Source: Longimicrobiales bacterium
Lineage (GTDB): Bacteria > Gemmatimonadota > Gemmatimonadetes > Longimicrobiales > Gaopeijiaceae
Assembly (NCBI GenBank): GCA_965226375.1
Contig: CBDDCX010000008.1
Coordinates: 896,001-960,000, forward strand
Direction: 5' to 3'
Length of the DNA stretch: 64,000 bases
Position 1 is the stretch's first letter. Each line of letters opens with the position of its first letter. A program made the position numbers and the translations under genes. This document shows, piece after piece, positions 59,429-64,000 of the stretch. The notes beneath the pieces are model-generated. The model did not search any database, was not told the origin of the DNA, and saw only the letters and a list, made by a program, of their open reading frames with translations.

Positions 59429-61515
59429 GCTTCTTCAAACTGGGCCGCCCCGTCCAGTTTCTGAAGGGTGTCGGCCCGGTCCGAGCCGAGGCGCTGGGCC
59501 GCATGGGGATCGTTACGGCCAGGGATCTCTTGTACCACGTGCCCCGCCGTTACGACGATGCGTCTACGGTCCAGCCGATCGCGGATCTGGCTGTGGGAGA
59601 AGATGTTACGGCGGTGGGCCGCATCAGGTCCAAGGGCGTTCTCCCCACGCGGAAGGGTCTGCGGATCTTCCAGGCCGTTCTCCAGGACGACTCCGGGATG
59701 ATCACCTGCGCGTGGCCGGGTCAGCCCTGGCTGGAGAGAAAGCTGCAGGAGGGGGACCTGCTTCTCGTGACCGGTCCGGTCAAGTTCTTCCACGGACGGC
59801 AACTGCGTCCTCGGGAGTTTACCGTACTGGCACGTGATGCGGACGAATCCCCCGCTGAGGGTGGCCAAGGGCACGTCTTCGTGACGTATCCCGCGAGCGA
59901 AGAGGTGCCTCAGTGGGTGCTCCGGGGACTCTTCGAGAAGAACCTTGACGTACTCCTCGGGGAGGTCCCGGAAGAGGAATACTTGACGGCCGCCGACCTG
60001 GGCGGTCTGCGCTTGCCGGGGCTCGGAGAGGCGCTGGAGGTGCTCCACCGACCGGTGTCCTTGGCGAGCGTGGAGTCGGCCCGCCGCCGGCTGGCCTTCG
60101 ACGAGCTCTTTTTTCTTCAGCTGGTTCAGGCTCAGGTGCGGTATCAGGAGTCGGTCCAGGCGCCTGGGATCGTGTTCCAGCGTACGAACGAGCTCATCCG
60201 CCCCCTTCACGAGTCATTGGTGTTCGAACTCACCGACGCTCAGGCGCAGGTCCTCAAGGAGATCTACGTCGACATGGGGTCCAGCCATCGCATGAACCGC
60301 ATGCTCCAAGGCGACGTCGGGTCGGGAAAGACCATCGTTGCGCTCTTCGCCATGCTGCTGGCTGTGGAGGGGGGCCACCAGGCGGTACTCATGGCCCCCA
60401 CCGAGCTGCTGGCCGAGCAGCACACGAGAAAGCTGGGAGAGCTGGTGGAGCCGTTGGGTCTCGACGTCCATCTGCTCACCGGGAGACTGGGCGCTGGGGA
60501 GCGCAAGACGATATTGGCCGCGCTCGCGGGCGGGAGCGCCCGTCTCATCGTGGGCACTCATGCGCTGATTCAGGACGCCGTGGAATTCGCCGATCTGGGC
60601 CTGGTCGTGGTGGACGAGCAACACCGTTTCGGCGTGCGTCAGAGGATGGCGCTCCGCGATCGAGACGTGCCCCCCGACACGCTCATCATGTCGGCCACGC
60701 CGATCCCTCGGTCCCTGGCCATGGCCATGTACGGTGATCTGGACCTGTCGATTCTCGGCGAGATGCCACCGGGCCGGAAGCCGGTGGAGACGCTCCTCCG
60801 CTATCCGAGCAAGCGGGACGAGGTGTACCGGTTCCTCGAGTCCGAGCTCGAGGCGGGCCGGCAGGCCTATGTGGTCTATCCGCTCGTAGAGGAGTCCGAA
60901 AAGGTGGATCTGCGCTCGGCCACCGACGAGCACGAGCGCCTGTCCAGCAAGGTCTTCCCGGACCGGAGTGTCGGGTTGATACACGGGCAGCTTCCCAGTG
61001 ACGAGAAGGATCGGGTCATGCGGGCGTTCCTCGCCGGCGACGTGGACATTCTGGTAGCCACCACGGTGATCGAGGTGGGAATCGACGTTCCCAACGCGAG
61101 CGTCATGGTCGTCGAGCACGCCGAGCGCTTCGGCTTATCACAGCTCCACCAGCTCCGCGGCCGGGTCGGCCGAGGGCCCTCGAAGAGCTACTGCATCCTC
61201 GTCGCCGAACCGGGAGAGTTGGCGGCCGAGCGGCTGAAGGTCCTCAGGGATACGTCGGACGGTTTTGCGGTGGCTCAGGCGGACCTGCGCATCCGGGGGC
61301 AGGGCGATCTGTTCGGCGCCCAGCAGCACGGTCGCGACGCGATCCTCAGATTCGCCGACCTCTCGAGGGACGAGGGGCTGCTCGTGGAGGCTCAGACGCG
61401 GGCCCGTGCGCTTGTAGAAACCGACCCCGAGCTGGAGGGCGAGAGCGTGACTCGTATCCGCGGCCTCATGGACGATCGTTACGCGGAGCGGCTGAAGCTC
61501 TTCTCGGTCGGTTAG
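59425..61515 (+). CDS. recG: ATP-dependent DNA helicase RecG
   Basis: QGDVGSGKT, DEQHRFG, SATPIPR, QLHQLRGRVGRG. Confidence 0.97.
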   Translation: MSFFKLGRPVQFLKGVGPVRAEALGRMGIVTARDLLYHVPRRYDDASTVQPIADLAVGEDVTAVGRIRSKGVLPTRKGLRIFQAVLQDDSGMITCAWPGQPWLERKLQEGDLLLVTGPVKFFHGRQLRPREFTVLARDADESPAEGGQGHVFVTYPASEEVPQWVLRGLFEKNLDVLLGEVPEEEYLTAADLGGLRLPGLGEALEVLHRPVSLASVESARRRLAFDELFFLQLVQAQVRYQESVQAPGIVFQRTNELIRPLHESLVFELTDAQAQVLKEIYVDMGSSHRMNRMLQGDVGSGKTIVALFAMLLAVEGGHQAVLMAPTELLAEQHTRKLGELVEPLGLDVHLLTGRLGAGERKTILAALAGGSARLIVGTHALIQDAVEFADLGLVVVDEQHRFGVRQRMALRDRDVPPDTLIMSATPIPRSLAMAMYGDLDLSILGEMPPGRKPVETLLRYPSKRDEVYRFLESELEAGRQAYVVYPLVEESEKVDLRSATDEHERLSSKVFPDRSVGLIHGQLPSDEKDRVMRAFLAGDVDILVATTVIEVGIDVPNASVMVVEHAERFGLSQLHQLRGRVGRGPSKSYCILVAEPGELAAERLKVLRDTSDGFAVAQADLRIRGQGDLFGAQQHGRDAILRFADLSRDEGLLVEAQTRARALVETDPELEGESVTRIRGLMDDRYAERLKLFSVG

Positions 61516-61621
61516 GTCGGCTCGAGTCCCGCTCGCGTGTGTCTCCGTGGGCGGCGGTCGATTATCTTCGAGCTTCCAACACACCAACCTGCACACGTCA
61601 ACCCTTGGATATTCGAAGCAG

Positions 61622-62920
61622 ATGAGTCACGAGGCGATTACGGAGGTAGGCTCGTTACACGAGCACGTGGGAGAGATGGTAACGGTCCTCGGCTGGGCGG
61701 ACGCCACCCGAAGCCATGGCAAGGTGGGCTTCCTCGTACTACGTGACGGGACCGGGTTGGTACAGGGCGTCTTGCTCAAGAAGGATCTGTCCGAGGACAC
61801 GTGGGCGTTGCACGCGACCATCACCCAGGAGTCGACGGTCGCGCTCACCGGCGAGGTGCGGGAGGAGCCGCGTGCCCCGGGGGGATACGAAATCGGTGTG
61901 ACGGCCGTCGAATTGCTCGGGCTGTCGGAGGAATACCCGATTCAGCCCAAGGAACACGGTGTCGAGTTCCTACTGGACCATCGACACCTGTGGATCAGGT
62001 CCAGCCTGCAGCGGGCCGGCCTCCGAGTCCGTCACGAGATCGAGCACGCCATACACGCCTTCTTTTACAACCGCGACTTCGTCCGAATCGACACGCCGAT
62101 CCTTACGGGATCGATCGGGGAATCCGCGGGCACCCTGTTCGAGACCGACTACTTCGGCGAGTCCGCATATCTGGCCCAGACCGGCCAGCTCTACGTAGAA
62201 ACAGCGTGTCCCGCCTTCAAGAAGGTGTACTGCTTCGGCCCCACGTTCCGTGCCGAGAAGTCCAAGACGCGGAGGCACCTGACGGAGTTCTGGATGATCG
62301 AACCCGAGGTGGCATTCGCGGACTCGAACGACAACATGAGGCTCCAGGAGGAGTTCCTGTGCTACATCGTGGAGCGTGCGCTCGAGCGGTGTCAGGCGGA
62401 GTTGGAGATACTCGAACGGGATACGACCGAGCTCGAGACCGTTGCCTCTCCCTTCGCTCGGCTCTCCTATACCGACGCCATCGCGCTGCTCCAGGAGAAG
62501 GGAAGCGAGGTCGAATGGGGCGCCGACCTGGGCGCACCCGACGAGATGCTGCTGACCGAGCAGTTCGATCAACCCCTCTTCGTGTACGACTATCCCAAGG
62601 CGATCAAGGCGTTCTACATGAAGGAGAACCCGGACGACCCGCGGACCGTGCTGTCCAACGACCTGCTCGTGCGGGGGTACGGGGAGCTCATCGGCGGGAG
62701 CCAGCGGGAGGATGACCTGGATCGACTTCTGGCACGGATTCGCGAGGAGAAGCTTCCGGAGGAAGCGTACTCGTGGTACCTGGATCTGCGGCGGTACGGC
62801 ACGTTCGTGCATTCGGGGTTCGGTTTGGGGCTGGAGCGTACGGTGGCTTGGATCACGGGGCGGCATCACATACGAGAATTGATTCCGTTTCCGCGCATGA
62901 TGAATCGGTTGTCGCCTTGA
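61622..62920 (+). CDS. asnS: Asparagine--tRNA ligase
   Basis: LRDGTG, FRAEKSKTRRHLTEFW, GGSQRE, HSGFGLGLER. Confidence 0.95.
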   Translation: MSHEAITEVGSLHEHVGEMVTVLGWADATRSHGKVGFLVLRDGTGLVQGVLLKKDLSEDTWALHATITQESTVALTGEVREEPRAPGGYEIGVTAVELLGLSEEYPIQPKEHGVEFLLDHRHLWIRSSLQRAGLRVRHEIEHAIHAFFYNRDFVRIDTPILTGSIGESAGTLFETDYFGESAYLAQTGQLYVETACPAFKKVYCFGPTFRAEKSKTRRHLTEFWMIEPEVAFADSNDNMRLQEEFLCYIVERALERCQAELEILERDTTELETVASPFARLSYTDAIALLQEKGSEVEWGADLGAPDEMLLTEQFDQPLFVYDYPKAIKAFYMKENPDDPRTVLSNDLLVRGYGELIGGSQREDDLDRLLARIREEKLPEEAYSWYLDLRRYGTFVHSGFGLGLERTVAWITGRHHIRELIPFPRMMNRLSP

Positions 62921-62930
62921 CCTGCGGGGC

Positions 62931-63027
62931 GGGGGGCGCGGTGTCGCGCCGTCCCGGGGCGGCTGCTCCCCGAGGGCCCGGCCCCGCCTCCTGCAGATGC
63001 CCCGGGACGGCGCGACACCACACCCCC
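62931..63027 (-). repeat. Long hairpin element, copy A
   Basis: 21-bp perfect stem 62940-62960/62999-63019; core shared with 63209-63302 in inverted orientation. Confidence 0.85.
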
Positions 63028-63208
63028 GTACCAAGGTCGGGCTGTTCGAAGCGTTGGCATGCCGCTCGGAGACCGGGGTGGTCGGATGCCGCAGCCCGCG
63101 TCTGGGTGTTCGGGCGTTTGGCGTGGTAACACCATGAGCATCGCGAAAGCGGCAACCCGGCCGAGTATTCCCGCGCCAACGCCTAGGTCACCCACCCATG
63201 TCGTAGCA

Positions 63209-63302
63209 GGTGGCGCGTGAGGGTCGCTTCTCGGGGCATCTGCAGGCGGAAGGGCCGCGGGTGGGGAGCAGCCGCCCCGAGAAGCGACCCTCACGTGCCA
63301 CC
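63209..63302 (+). repeat. Long hairpin element, copy B
   Basis: 29-bp stem 63209-63237/63274-63302 with one G-T pair. Confidence 0.85.
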
Positions 63303-63311
63303 AACTAGCCC

Positions 63312-64000
63312 ATGAACAAACTCGTCCTTGATATGAAGGACAAGAGGCCCGTTTGGGCGCGACCCGACTGGTTCGTCCCGCATCTGCGTGAGGCCATGCC
63401 GGACGACTGGGAGATCGTGGTCATCGAGGAGGACGCGGACGGGTCTGGTGACGGGTCCAGTCGGGCCAGTGCGGGGGTGCTCGAGGCGGTGCGAGACGCG
63501 AGGGTCTATCTGGCGTTCGGTATTGCGGCCGAGGTGTTGACGGAGGGATGGGACCTCGAGTGGGTCCATACGGGTGCGGCGGGGGTGGGTAAGTCGTTGA
63601 CCCCTGAGATGCTTGCCAGCCCGGTCCGCTTCACGAACTCCGCGGGGATCCATGCGATTCCGATGGCGGAGACGGTGTTGGGAATGATCCTGTACTTTGC
63701 TCGCGGTCTCGACTTCGCGGTCGCCGGCATGGCCGAGGGAAGGTGGAGCACCGACTCGTACTACGAGGCGGCCTCGCCCATTCGGGAGCTGTCGGAGAGC
63801 GTGGTCGGGATCATCGGGGTCGGGGGGATCGGGCGGGAGATCGCGCTGCGGGCTTGTGCGTTCGGGGCGAGGGTCATCGGGCTACGGCGGAGCCCGGTGC
63901 AGGGCGGTGAGCGCCCGTCGTGGGCGGATGAAACGCGAGGTGGCGACATCCGGGTGGTGTCCGGTGAGGTCGGCTTCCAGGAGTTGCTGTCGGAGAGTGA
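63312..64000 (+). CDS. D-2-hydroxyacid dehydrogenase (runs off window)
   Basis: WVHTGAAGV, TNSAGIHAIPMAE, GIIGVGGIG read directly from ATG 63312. Confidence 0.9.
   Translation, partial: MNKLVLDMKDKRPVWARPDWFVPHLREAMPDDWEIVVIEEDADGSGDGSSRASAGVLEAVRDARVYLAFGIAAEVLTEGWDLEWVHTGAAGVGKSLTPEMLASPVRFTNSAGIHAIPMAETVLGMILYFARGLDFAVAGMAEGRWSTDSYYEAASPIRELSESVVGIIGVGGIGREIALRACAFGARVIGLRRSPVQGGERPSWADETRGGDIRVVSGEVGFQELLSES

Overview
GC-rich bacterial window. The gene styles (PadR/ABC-permease pair, DUF4097 proteins, Ser/Thr-kinase-type leaders and tails) suggest Gemmatimonadota, which is an inference. About 18-64 kb is mostly housekeeping: a cyclase-fdhD-mobA-mobB cluster, two histidine kinases, glpD plus a GDPD, an ECF sigma/anti-sigma operon with three DUF4097 genes, a complete-looking dcw cluster (mraZ to ftsZ, without murB or ddl), ftsY, recG and asnS. 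The most interesting part is a decayed accessory island of about 11.6 kb (6094-17740) directly downstream of tRNA-Val(TAC). It contains remnants of a family of attC-like sites with no integrase in the window (CALIN-like). An IS110-family left end sits inside one of these sites, and there are IS256, IS481 and IS3 pieces. The island also holds modular genes in which conserved short leaders and an exact 82-bp stop/start connector are joined to divergent gene bodies, suggesting a module-shuffling locus. Outside the island there are two oppositely oriented long hairpins with a shared core and different stems after asnS, a REP-like palindrome array after ftsZ, and a tandem repeat that forms an unbroken ATGA stop/start chain between two DUF4097 genes. 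Several single-base lesions could be real decay or assembly error; the sequence alone cannot distinguish these.
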